Positions 8,632-16,919 of a stretch of 56,214 nt of DNA are shown piece by piece. The stretch spans positions 1-56,214 of the forward strand of contig JANMSS010000027.1 in the NCBI GenBank assembly GCA_031389585.1. Reading direction: 5' to 3'. Positions within the stretch are counted from its first letter, which is position 1; each line of letters starts with the position of its first letter. The position numbers and the translations under genes are program-made. Below the pieces are notes generated by a model. It saw only the letters and a list, made by a program, of their open reading frames with translations, had not been told where the DNA came from and ran no database searches. This DNA comes from Burkholderiales bacterium (lineage in GTDB: Bacteria; Pseudomonadota; Gammaproteobacteria; Burkholderiales; Burkholderiaceae_C).

Positions 8632-10179
8632 TCATGCGGCCTCGGCGATCGGGCCGGCGCCACCCATCAGGCGGCCCAGCGCAGCGACGTTGCACTGCTC
8701 GATCGGCAACTCGCCGGCAATGCGTCCACCGTGCATCACCAGCACGCGGTCGGCCAGCGCCAGGATTTCGTCGAGCTCGGAGGACACCAGCAGCACCGCG
8801 CCACCCGCATCGCGCATGGCGCGCAAACGCTCATGGATGAACTCGATGGCGCCGATATCGACGCCGCGGGTGGGTTGGCCGACCAGCAGCACTCGAGGTT
8901 CGGGCATGGCCTCACGCGCCAGCACCAGCTTCTGCTGGTTGCCGCCGGAAAAATTGGCGCACTTGAGCGTGATGTCGCGCGGCCGCACGTCATAGCGCTC
9001 CATCATCGTCGCCGTGTCGGTCTTCATCACCGGCTGGCGCAGCCAGCCCAGCCGGTCGTAGCGGGGGCGCTGCTGATAGCCCAGTACGGCCGACTCCCAC
9101 GCCGCAAAGGGCAACACCAGACCGCGCCGCTGGCGGTCTTCGGGCACATGGGCAATGCGCAATTCGCGCGCCTGGTCGGGTCGCATCCAATGCGTTGCCG
9201 TAAAGCGGGCATTGCCGACTTCCAGCGAACCCGTCTGCGGCGTCAACAGGCCCGCCAGCGCGTCGAGTAACTCACTCTGACCGTTGCCGGAAACGCCCGC
9301 GATGCCGACGATCTCGCCTGCGCGCAGCGCCAACGACACATCCACCAGCCGCGGCACACCCAGGTCATCACGCCACTGCAGACCGGAGGCACGCAGCAGC
9401 ACTTCGCCGCCACCCGCGACAGTGGTCGCGGCAACGCGGCCGAGATTCACGTGGCGACCGACCATGGCCTGCGCCAGGCCGTCCAGGCTGATGTCGGCAA
9501 TGCGCGTGTCGAGCACCACGGCACCGCCGCGCATCACCGTCACCGCGTCGGCCAGCGCCATGATCTCTTTCAACTTGTGCGTGATCAGCAGAATCGTCGT
9601 GCCGCGTGCGCGCAGGTGGCGCAGTGTCTCGAAAAGCTGCTCGGTCTCCTGCGGCGTGAGCACAGCGGTCGGCTCGTCCAGGATCAGGATCCGCGCGCCG
9701 CGGTACAGCGCCTTCAGGATCTCCAGCCTCTGGCGTTCGCCGACAGGCAAGTTGGCCACGGTCTTGTCGAGATCGACCACCAGCCCGGTGTCGCGCATCA
9801 GTGCTTCGAGCTTGGTCCGCACCTGGGCCCGCGCGGCAGGCAGGTACCAGGCCGGCTCGGCTCCCAACATCACGTTGTCCAGCGCCGAGAAGGTCTCGAC
9901 CAGCATGAAATGCTGGTGGACCATGCCGATGCCAAGCGCAATAGCGTCGCGTGAGTGGTGAATTTGCGCGGCCTTGCCCTCGATCTCGATGCTGCCGCTG
10001 TCGGACTGGTAGAAGCCGTACAGGATCGACATCAGGGTGCTCTTGCCGGCACCGTTCTCGCCGACGATGCCATGCACGGTGCCAGCCTCGACCTTCAGGT
10101 CGACGCCGACATTGGCGCGCACGGCGCCGAAGCGCTTGTCGATCGCCCGCATACAGACGGCGGGCGGCTTTGCGTTCAC
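8632..10179 (-). CDS. ABC transporter ATP-binding protein with duplicated ATPase domains (nucleoside/sugar type)
   Basis: Two nucleotide-binding halves are present: Walker A GENGAGKST in the first half, a degenerate P-loop GVSGNGQSE in the second, and an NFSGGNQQK signature. The start is uncertain. GTG at 10179 (VNAKPPAVCMRAIDKRFG) preserves the conserved N-terminus and gives 515 aa. The ORF-track start at 10443 runs into the upstream gene and is rejected. Confidence 0.8.
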   Translation of the reverse strand: MNAKPPAVCMRAIDKRFGAVRANVGVDLKVEAGTVHGIVGENGAGKSTLMSILYGFYQSDSGSIEIEGKAAQIHHSRDAIALGIGMVHQHFMLVETFSALDNVMLGAEPAWYLPAARAQVRTKLEALMRDTGLVVDLDKTVANLPVGERQRLEILKALYRGARILILDEPTAVLTPQETEQLFETLRHLRARGTTILLITHKLKEIMALADAVTVMRGGAVVLDTRIADISLDGLAQAMVGRHVNLGRVAATTVAGGGEVLLRASGLQWRDDLGVPRLVDVSLALRAGEIVGIAGVSGNGQSELLDALAGLLTPQTGSLEVGNARFTATHWMRPDQARELRIAHVPEDRQRRGLVLPFAAWESAVLGYQQRPRYDRLGWLRQPVMKTDTATMMERYDVRPRDITLKCANFSGGNQQKLVLAREAMPEPRVLLVGQPTRGVDIGAIEFIHERLRAMRDAGGAVLLVSSELDEILALADRVLVMHGGRIAGELPIEQCNVAALGRLMGGAGPIAEAA

Positions 10180-10261
10180 GAGACTCGCGCGACTCGATGG
10201 CCTTCCAAGCAACCACCGCGGATCCGGCTCTGCCGGTCCGCCAGCGTGCCTTGCAGGCCGC

Positions 10262-10362
10262 ATGGCCGCGAGTCGCGGCCATTTCTCGGCCCGTCCAAGC
10301 CGACGCAGGTCGGCTTGGAGTCGCGGGCCTCGACCCCCTTGGGGGGGAGCGGCGAAGCCGCT
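10262..10362 (-). other. Three consecutive GC-rich stem-loops between the binding-protein gene and the ATPase gene (REP-like or mRNA-stabilising structure)
   Basis: Read directly from the sequence. ATGGCCGCG-AGT-CGCGGCCAT at 10262-10282 has a 9-bp stem. TCCAAGCCGAC-GCAG-GTCGGCTTGGA at 10294-10319 has an 11-bp stem. AGCGGC-GAA-GCCGCT at 10348-10362 is flanked by C5/G7 runs. Confidence 0.6.
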
Positions 10363-10372
10363 TCGGGGGTGG

Positions 10373-11344
10373 TCAACACTTATTGGCGGCCATGTAGTCG
10401 ATGACCTTGATCTTGCCGCTGATGATGTCGGCGCGCGCCGCATCGACCTTGGTCTTCATGTCGGCCGACACGAGCTTGGCATTGTGCTGGTCCATCGCCA
10501 CATCGACGCCACCTTCCTTCAGACCCAGCGAGGTGACGCCCGCCTTGTGCTGCTTGAAGCTGGAATGGACGGCGTTGTCGACGCGCTTGACCATCGAGGT
10601 CAGCATCGTGCCGGGATGCATATGATTCTGGTTGCTATCGACACCGATGGCCAGCTTGCCGGCGTCCTTGGCTGCCTGGTAGACACCGACCCCGGTGCCG
10701 CCCGCCGCCGCAAAGATCACGTCGACGCCCTTGGCGAACTGCGCCTTGGCCAGCTCGCCACCGCGCGCCGGGTCGTTCCAGGCGCTGGGCGTGGTGCCGG
10801 TCATGTTGGCGCTGACCTCGACCTTGGCATTGGCGTGCCGCGCGCCCTGCTCGTAGCCGCACTGGAACTTGCGGATCAGCGGCACGTCCATGCCACCGAC
10901 AAAGCCGACCTTCCCGGTCTTGCTGGCCATCGCGGCCATCATGCCGACCAGGAAGCTGCCTTCATGCTCCTTGAACACCACCGATTCGACGTTGGGCAGG
11001 TTGATGACGGAATCGATGATCGCGAAATTGAGCTTGGGAAACTCCTTGGCGACCTTCTCCATGGCCGAGCCCTGCGAGAAGCCGATGCCGACGATCGGGT
11101 TGGCGCCACGCTCGGCCATCTTGCGCATGGCCTGCTCGCGCTGGGCGGCGTTGGCGATCTCGAACTCAAGGTACGGCTTGTTGGTCTCCTTCTTCCAGCG
11201 CTCGGCGCCGTTGAAGGCTGCTTCGTTGAAGGATTTGTCGAATTTGCCGCCCATGTCGAAGATGACAGCGGGCTGCGACTGCGCGGCGGCCAGCGAGCAT
11301 GCCGCGGTGGCGGCCAGGGCGGTGCAGAGCATGGTGAACTTCAT
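10373..11344 (-). CDS. BMP-family (Med/PnrA-like) ABC transporter substrate-binding protein, nucleoside-type
   Basis: Signal peptide MKFTMLCTALAATAACSLAAA, followed by the typical BMP-family IFDMGGKFDKSFNEAA and GIGF motifs. The ATG at 11344 is preceded by GGAAGGA. Confidence 0.85.
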   Translation of the reverse strand: MKFTMLCTALAATAACSLAAAQSQPAVIFDMGGKFDKSFNEAAFNGAERWKKETNKPYLEFEIANAAQREQAMRKMAERGANPIVGIGFSQGSAMEKVAKEFPKLNFAIIDSVINLPNVESVVFKEHEGSFLVGMMAAMASKTGKVGFVGGMDVPLIRKFQCGYEQGARHANAKVEVSANMTGTTPSAWNDPARGGELAKAQFAKGVDVIFAAAGGTGVGVYQAAKDAGKLAIGVDSNQNHMHPGTMLTSMVKRVDNAVHSSFKQHKAGVTSLGLKEGGVDVAMDQHNAKLVSADMKTKVDAARADIISGKIKVIDYMAANKC

Positions 11345-11439
11345 GGCGAGTCGTCCTTCCCGGCGGGGTGATTGAGAGGTGCCGCAGGATATCAACAGGC
11401 GAGCCGATTCGGGCTAGGGGCCTGCACTACGATGGCGAG

Positions 11440-12492
11440 ATGCAAGAAACTGTTCGCTTGGCGGCACTGGCCCGAGAGATGCCCAAAGTCTTGCTGCACG
11501 AGCACCTCGATGGCAGCCTGCGGGTGGCCACCCTGTTCGAACTGCTGCAAGCCCGCGGCATCGACCCGCCGGCGGCGAGTGCGGGCGACCTGGCGCGCTG
11601 GTTCGACGCCCATGCGCATGCCGGCAGCCTGACCGAATATCTGCAGGGCTTTGCCCTCACTGTGGAGGCGATGGCCAGTCCTTCGGCACTAGAGCGCGTG
11701 GCCTTCGAGGCGGCCGAGGATGCGCTCGAGGACGGCGCCGTGCTGGCCGAGTTCCGCATCGCGCCGCTGCTGTTCGAAGCCCATGGCGTGCCCGGCGACG
11801 AGGCTGTCGAGGCCCTGCTGGCCGGCCTGGCCCGCAGCGCCCTGCCCTCTGGATTGATCGTCTGTGCGATGCGCGAGCTGCCTGAGTCGGAATCCCTGCG
11901 CGCGGCCCGACTCGCACTGCGCTATCAGGGTCGCGGTGTCGCCGGCTTCGACCTGGCCGGCGCGGAGTTCGGTCATCCGCCCGCCGAGCATGCCCGCGCG
12001 CTGGCGTTGTGCCGCGACGCGGGACTGCCGCTGACGCTGCACGCCGGCGAGGCCGATGCGGCCGAGCGCGTGCTAGAAGCGGTTCGGCTGGGTGCCAGGC
12101 GCATTGGCCATGGGGTGCGCCTGATCGATGCGCTGGGCGACCCGGCGCGCCGCGTGCTGATCGACGAGATTCGCGAGCGCAACGTGCATCTTGAGGTCTG
12201 CCCGACCAGCAATGTGCACACTGGCGCCGCCGCGTCGATTGCCGCGCACCCGATCACGGCGTTGTGGCAGGCTGGCTTGTCGCTGAGCTTCCACACCGAC
12301 AACCGGCTGATGTCACGCATCACGTTCAGCAGCGAGGCACGCGTGCTGTTGCAGGACACGCCGCTCACCGCCGCCGACCTGTTGCGCATGGGCCTGCAGG
12401 CCGCCCGGCATTCGTTCCTCGATGCGACTACCCGCGAAAACGCGGCCACCCGAATGACCGCCTGGGCCGCGAGCCAGGCGCTCACGCTCTAG
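11440..12492 (+). CDS. add: Adenosine deaminase
   Basis: KVLLHEHLDGSLR (the HxHLDG metal site), LTLHAGE and FHTDN motifs are present. The ATG at 11440 gives 350 aa. Confidence 0.9.
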   Translation: MQETVRLAALAREMPKVLLHEHLDGSLRVATLFELLQARGIDPPAASAGDLARWFDAHAHAGSLTEYLQGFALTVEAMASPSALERVAFEAAEDALEDGAVLAEFRIAPLLFEAHGVPGDEAVEALLAGLARSALPSGLIVCAMRELPESESLRAARLALRYQGRGVAGFDLAGAEFGHPPAEHARALALCRDAGLPLTLHAGEADAAERVLEAVRLGARRIGHGVRLIDALGDPARRVLIDEIRERNVHLEVCPTSNVHTGAAASIAAHPITALWQAGLSLSFHTDNRLMSRITFSSEARVLLQDTPLTAADLLRMGLQAARHSFLDATTRENAATRMTAWAASQALTL

Positions 12493-12572
12493 CACGCCAA
12501 GGTGGCGCGCGCTGCGGCCAGAATGCGCGCCAGGCGCAGTCGCCGCCAAGAATAGACACCGAGGACCCGAGG

Positions 12573-12815
12573 ATTGAACTGCTCTCCGATCCGCAAGCCT
12601 GGATCGCCTCACCCGACGACCGCCGCGTGCGCCTGTCGACGCTAACCGACGCCGGCCACTGGCAACTGCAGCAAGCCATTCCCTCCATGCTGCGCGCCCA
12701 GGAACGCATGCTTGAGCCGCTGCCCAAGCGCGACCGGGTCGAGTTCATGCGCATGCTGCGCATCCTGGTGAGAGCCAACAACGAACTCAGCCGCGCACAC
12801 TGCGAGCTCGGATAA
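12573..12815 (+). pseudogene. MarR-family regulator remnant (C-terminal half only)
   Basis: WIASPDDRRVRLSTLTDAGHWQLQQAIP...MLEPLPKRDRVEFMRMLRILV is the wing plus C-terminal helices of a MarR protein. The roughly 70 N-terminal residues have no room, because add ends at 12492. No in-frame ATG or GTG with an RBS follows add. Confidence 0.5.
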
Positions 12816-12985
12816 CGCAGCGCAGACAAGCGCTGCGCCAAATCTGCGGTTGGCGCCTTCAGGACAATGCGCTGCAGGGAGCCTGACGCACGGCGCGTCC
12901 GTCAGCCTGGGCGTCGATCGCATGAACTCGGGAATCGGTCCGCGCCTGCCGGAATAACGGCACGCAGACCGCACGGCCTCAGGCT

Positions 12986-13552
12986 TTAGATACGGTAGCC
13001 GAAACGCTCCAGCATCGCCGGCACGGCATGCCGCATGTGCAAGGAAATCCCGAGCGCCGCCATGTGGTTGCTGTCGCGGCTGAGCAGCGTCTGTGACAGC
13101 GGCAGGAATTCCTGCTCTTCGTAGCGCGCGTGGCCGATATAGGTGTCGACCAGCCGCTGTACGGCGGCGGCGTCCACATCACTGTCCAGGCCCTTGCCGA
13201 CCGCGCGCAGCGCCGGCTCCAGGCGCGACCACATGGCCTCGATCTGCCTATGCTCGGCGACCAGTCGATCGACGATCACCTGGACCTGCTCTCGTTCAGG
13301 GCCGCGCTTGGCACTGGCCAGCACGGCAGGGAACAGCTCTTGCTCCTCTTCGGAGTGGTGCTCGTGGACGGCGCCGCGAAAGAAGGCCACGGTTTCGCGC
13401 GCGATCCGCCGTGCCTGCGCGGCCGGCTCCAGCAGCGCCGGCAACCCGGCCAAGACCTGCAATTGGCGCGTGATGCCGACGTGGCATTGGGAAAAGTTGG
13501 TCAGCGGCGCGTCCGGCGCGGCCGGACCAGGGCTCGGATCGTGCGTGGTCAT
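12986..13552 (-). CDS. Hemerythrin-like (HHE cation-binding) domain protein
   Basis: HEHHSEEEQELFP and HARYEEQEFLP repeats are present. The ATG at 13552 is preceded by GAGGAGGA. The ORF-track extension to 13747 runs through the tRNA gene and is rejected. Confidence 0.7.
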   Translation of the reverse strand: MTTHDPSPGPAAPDAPLTNFSQCHVGITRQLQVLAGLPALLEPAAQARRIARETVAFFRGAVHEHHSEEEQELFPAVLASAKRGPEREQVQVIVDRLVAEHRQIEAMWSRLEPALRAVGKGLDSDVDAAAVQRLVDTYIGHARYEEQEFLPLSQTLLSRDSNHMAALGISLHMRHAVPAMLERFGYRI

Positions 13553-13656
13553 GGCGGGTCCTCCTCTCGCGCGCGGCTCTGGCGCGCGCTCAGCGCAGCT
13601 TAGGGGTAACGGATTCGCCGGCGCTTGCGACAGCTCAAGGTCCCAGCCGGCCGGGC

Positions 13657-13687
13657 AAAAAAAAACACTTGGCGTTTCTGCCAAGTG
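13657..13687 (-). terminator. Rho-independent terminator downstream of tRNA-Val
   Basis: On the minus strand, CACTTGGC-AGAAAC-GCCAAGTG (8-bp stem, 13666-13687) is followed by a run of nine T (plus-strand A run at 13657-13665). Confidence 0.75.
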
Positions 13688-13707
13688 CTTGATTTCCCTA
13701 CCGTGTT

Positions 13708-13784
13708 TGGTAGGCGCGATTGGACTCGAACCAACGACCCCCACCATGTCAAGGTGGTGCTCTAACCAGCTGAGCTACGCGCCT
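13708..13784 (-). tRNA. tRNA-Val (anticodon GAC)
   Basis: The reverse complement reads AGGCGCG-TA-GCTC-AGCTGGTTA-GAGC-A-CCACC-TTGACAT-GGTGG-GGGTC-GTTGG-TTCGAGT-CCAAT-CGCGCCT-A-CCA. It folds into a full cloverleaf with a 7-bp acceptor stem, anticodon GAC and an encoded CCA. It is near-identical in the body to E. coli tRNA-Val(GAC) as I recall it. Confidence 0.95.
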
Positions 13785-13795
13785 GGAAGGGCGGC

Positions 13796-13801
13796 ATTGT
13801 A
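13796..13801 (-). promoter_or_regulatory. Possible -10 element (TACAAT) for tRNA-Val
   Basis: On the minus strand, TACAAT lies 11 nt upstream of the mature tRNA 5' end. No convincing -35 is present, because that region overlaps the relA stop. Confidence 0.3.
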
Positions 13802-13815
13802 GCAGCGGGTTTTCT

Positions 13816-16038
13816 TCACTTTCGCCGCGCCGCGCGCACGCCGCCGATCTGTGCCACCTGCGCCAGAACCTGGTTCAGGCGCTCGGTGTTTCCGACCTCG
13901 ACCGTGAAAGTCATCCAGGCCACCGCACCGCCGCTGCCCTTGACGTTCTGGCTGTTGACGCCGGTCACGTTGACCTTTTCCTTGGCGAACACTTCGGTGA
14001 TGTCGCGCAGCAGCCCGGGCCGATCGCCGGCTTCGACGAGCACGTCGATCGGGTACAGACCGCCCTCCTTGGGGCCGCGGCCCCATTCGACTTCGATCAC
14101 GCGCTCGGGCGAGCGCTCGCGCATATGGCGCAGGTTGCTGCAATGGCGGCGGTGGATGGCCACGCCCTTGCCGCGGGTGACAAAGCCGTCGATGGCATCG
14201 GGCGGCGCAGGCCGGCAGCAACGCGCCAGCGTCGTCATCAAGGAATCGACACCGACCACCAGTACGCCGCCGCGGCCGGCGCCGTCTTCGACCCGCGAGC
14301 GCTTGAGCAGCGGCGCCGCTTCGGTCGCTGCAGGCGCGGTCGGGCGCAGCAGTTGCTCGATCGTGCGCAACGACAGCTCATCCTTGCCCACAACTTCGAA
14401 CAGGGCTTCGGCATTCTTGAAACCCAGCCGCGTTGCCAGTTCGTCGTGCTTGACCGCTGTCTTGCCCTCGCGTTGCAGCAGCTTCTCGACCAGGTCGCGG
14501 CCCTTGGCGATGGTTTGCACCTGGGCCCGAGCGTTGAACCAGGCGCGTACCTTGGCGCGCGAACGTGCGCCGGCCAAGTAGCTCAGCTCGGGGTTGAGCC
14601 AGTCGAGCGACGGTCCGCCTTCCTTGACGGCGGTGATCTCAACGGTCTGGCCGTTGGCCAGCGGCGTACTCAGTGGAACCTGCACGCCGTCGACCCGCGC
14701 GCCACGGCAACGGTGCCCGAGGTCGGTGTGCAGCACATAGGCGAAGTCGATCGGCGTGGCGCCGGCCGGCAATTCGACCACCGTGGCTTGCGGCGTGAAG
14801 ACGTAGATGCGGTCTTCGGGCGCCTCGCCGGCGGTCGGTGCAGCGACGAAGTCGCGCTCCCAGGCCAGCAATTGGCGCAGCACCGCCTTGCGCGCCTGGG
14901 CAATGCGTTCGTCGTCGCTGCCTGCCGCGCTGACACCGCCATAGCCTTTGACGCCCGCCTCCTTGTAGGCCCAGTGGGCGGCAACGCCAAATTCGGCGTG
15001 CTCGTGCATGGCGCGCGTGCGGATCTGGATCTCCACCGCCTGCTCACGATCGGTGCGCACCACGGTGTGCAGCGACTGGTAGCCATTGGGTTTGGGCTTG
15101 GCGATGTAGTCGTCAAACTCGCCAGCCACTGCGATCCATCGCTCATGCACGCGCGCCAACACGGCGTAACAGGCGGCCACATCCTGCACGATCACGCGCA
15201 CCGCGCGCAGGTCGAACACCTGGGCGAAATCGAGTTGCTTGCCCTGCATCTTTTTCCAGATGCTGAACAGGTGCTTGGGTCGGCCCTGGACCTCGGCTTG
15301 AACGCCATGCGCCTGCAAGTCGGCAGCCAGCGCGTTGCGGAAGTCATCGATGGCGGCCTCGCGCGTGCTGCGCGTCTCATCGAGCCAACCAGCGACACGC
15401 TTGTACTCGGCCGGTTGCAGGAAGCGAAAGGCCAGGTCTTCGAGTTCCCACTTGATCTGCCAGATGCCCAGGCGGTTGGCCAGCGGCGCGAACACGAGTT
15501 GCGACTCGCGCGCCACCTGTTCGGGGCAGGCCACGCGTGCCGCGGCATGCCAGCGCAGCGTTTGCAGGCGCGAGGCCAGTCGCAACAGCACCACGCGCAG
15601 GTCGCGCGAGAAGGCCAGCAGCATCTTCCTCACGCGCTCGGTCTGCTCGGCCTGGGCCGCCGCGTCGCCTGCCGGGTGCGCTTGCCGCGCGGCGCGCTGG
15701 ATCTGCACCAGCTTGCGTGTGTGCCCTACCAGGCTGGCGTAGCTCTCGCCAAAGGCCTTGGCGACCACCTCTTCGGGCCTCTGCAGCCAGTCGCCGGCAT
15801 AGACCAGGTAGGCGGCGGCCTGCATCGCCGGAGCCGCGCCAATGTTGTGCAGGACGGCGGCCACGCCATCGGCGTGGGCGAGCGCGTCTTCACCGGTGTC
15901 CAGCTGGTGGCCGGCGAGCAACGGCTCGGCAAAGGCGCGTGCGCGGACCAATGCCGCAGCGCCCTGATCGGCGGGCGCGTCATCGGCCAGGCGCACGATC
16001 GGTGCTGCAGCCAGCGCGGCGGTGCCCAGGGTCTTCAT
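13816..16038 (-). CDS. relA: GTP pyrophosphokinase RelA ((p)ppGpp synthetase I)
   Basis: 740 aa with a RelA/SpoT synthetase core (YIAKPKPNGYQSLHTVV, IQIRTRAMHEHAEFGVAAHWAYKE), a TGS domain (IYVFTPQATVVELPAGATPIDFAY) and a C-terminal ACT-like region. The N-terminal HD hydrolase motif is degenerate, which makes it RelA-like rather than SpoT-like. The ATG at 16038 overlaps the upstream stop (ATGA). The ORF-track extension to 16443 is rejected. Confidence 0.9.
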   Translation of the reverse strand: MKTLGTAALAAAPIVRLADDAPADQGAAALVRARAFAEPLLAGHQLDTGEDALAHADGVAAVLHNIGAAPAMQAAAYLVYAGDWLQRPEEVVAKAFGESYASLVGHTRKLVQIQRAARQAHPAGDAAAQAEQTERVRKMLLAFSRDLRVVLLRLASRLQTLRWHAAARVACPEQVARESQLVFAPLANRLGIWQIKWELEDLAFRFLQPAEYKRVAGWLDETRSTREAAIDDFRNALAADLQAHGVQAEVQGRPKHLFSIWKKMQGKQLDFAQVFDLRAVRVIVQDVAACYAVLARVHERWIAVAGEFDDYIAKPKPNGYQSLHTVVRTDREQAVEIQIRTRAMHEHAEFGVAAHWAYKEAGVKGYGGVSAAGSDDERIAQARKAVLRQLLAWERDFVAAPTAGEAPEDRIYVFTPQATVVELPAGATPIDFAYVLHTDLGHRCRGARVDGVQVPLSTPLANGQTVEITAVKEGGPSLDWLNPELSYLAGARSRAKVRAWFNARAQVQTIAKGRDLVEKLLQREGKTAVKHDELATRLGFKNAEALFEVVGKDELSLRTIEQLLRPTAPAATEAAPLLKRSRVEDGAGRGGVLVVGVDSLMTTLARCCRPAPPDAIDGFVTRGKGVAIHRRHCSNLRHMRERSPERVIEVEWGRGPKEGGLYPIDVLVEAGDRPGLLRDITEVFAKEKVNVTGVNSQNVKGSGGAVAWMTFTVEVGNTERLNQVLAQVAQIGGVRAARRK

Positions 16039-16919
16039 GGCGCCAGCAGGAACTCCCGCACCACCTCGACCTGATCGGGTTGCACCAGCATGGGCGCATG
16101 GCCGACACCGGCAAACTCGACCAGCCGCGCTCGCGGGCCACGCACTGTCATCGCCTGCGCGGTGGCGTGCGAGAGCAAGTCGCTGTCGGCGCCGCGCAGC
16201 AGCAGGGTGGGCAGCGTGAGCTGGTCGTAGGCCTGCCACAGCAGCGCCTCGCCGGCCTGCGCAAACTCGGGCGTCGCCGCGCGGAAAGGCACGGCGATGC
16301 CAGGGTCGTAGTGCGGCTTGAAGCCATCGCCCTCGGGTACCAACTGCGGCGCCGACAACGCCAACCACTGTGCTCGCGTGTGCGGGCCGAAGCTCGACGC
16401 AATGGCCCACATCGCGTCGGCGCCCTCCTCGAGCGTGCGCCAATGGGCAGGCGCGCCGAGGTAGGTGCCGATGCGCACCAGCGACGCCGCCTCGATGGTT
16501 GGGCCGATGTCATTCAACACCAGCCGGCGCAGCGGCGAACCCGACAGCGCCGCCACCCCCAGGCCGATCAGCCCGCCCATTGAGGTGCCGACCCAATCCA
16601 CCGTCGTGGCATTCAGCCGCGCCAGCAGCGTGACCATGTCGGCGATGTACTGCGGCAACTGGTAGCCGAGCGGGTTTTCGAGCCGGTCGGAGCGACCGCG
16701 ACCCACAACGTCGGGGCAAACGACGCGGTAGCTGCTGCACAGCGAGCGTGCCAGCGTGTCGAAGTCGCGCCCTTGGCGTGACAGGCCGTGCACGCAGATC
16801 ACCACCCGCGGGTTGGCGGGATCGCCCCATTCCCAGTAGGCCATGCGGTGCAGCGCCATCCGCGTCGGGCTGGGGGTGTCCGCGCATTGCACGTGGTTGA
16901 GTTGCGGCTGATTGGTCAC
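16035..16919 (-). CDS. Alpha/beta-fold hydrolase (candidate 3-hydroxybutyrate-oligomer or ester hydrolase)
   Basis: HGLSRQGRDFD, the nucleophile elbow GTSMGG and C-terminal GHAPM are typical of alpha/beta hydrolases. The GTG start at 16919 has GAGGGG upstream. The specific substrate is an inference from the divergent bdhA neighbour only. Confidence 0.75.
   Translation of the reverse strand: MTNQPQLNHVQCADTPSPTRMALHRMAYWEWGDPANPRVVICVHGLSRQGRDFDTLARSLCSSYRVVCPDVVGRGRSDRLENPLGYQLPQYIADMVTLLARLNATTVDWVGTSMGGLIGLGVAALSGSPLRRLVLNDIGPTIEAASLVRIGTYLGAPAHWRTLEEGADAMWAIASSFGPHTRAQWLALSAPQLVPEGDGFKPHYDPGIAVPFRAATPEFAQAGEALLWQAYDQLTLPTLLLRGADSDLLSHATAQAMTVRGPRARLVEFAGVGHAPMLVQPDQVEVVREFLLAP

Noticed and set aside
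11345-11439. A search for a purine or nucleoside riboswitch, or a clear operator, in the 95-bp divergent region between the BMP binding-protein gene and add.
   Set aside because: I saw no resemblance to the purine riboswitch core, no strong inverted repeat and no consensus promoter hexamers that I could defend.
12264-12815. A 183-aa ORF spanning the add 3' end and the MarR-like segment, considered as one intact gene.
   Set aside because: The first 76 codons overlap add in another frame and show no MarR-like helix-turn-helix sequence. Only the last 80 or so residues are MarR-like. It is therefore treated as a remnant.
12986-13747. A 253-aa ORF-track version of the hemerythrin gene, together with similar 5'-extended track ORFs: 13816-16443, 8632-10443, 800-2266, 35880-36593, 36126-37700, 49898-50506 and 42423-44828.
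   Set aside because: The extensions run through a tRNA gene or into neighbouring genes, and they lack family similarity. Internal starts with Shine-Dalgarno sequences and the conserved N-termini of the families fit much better.
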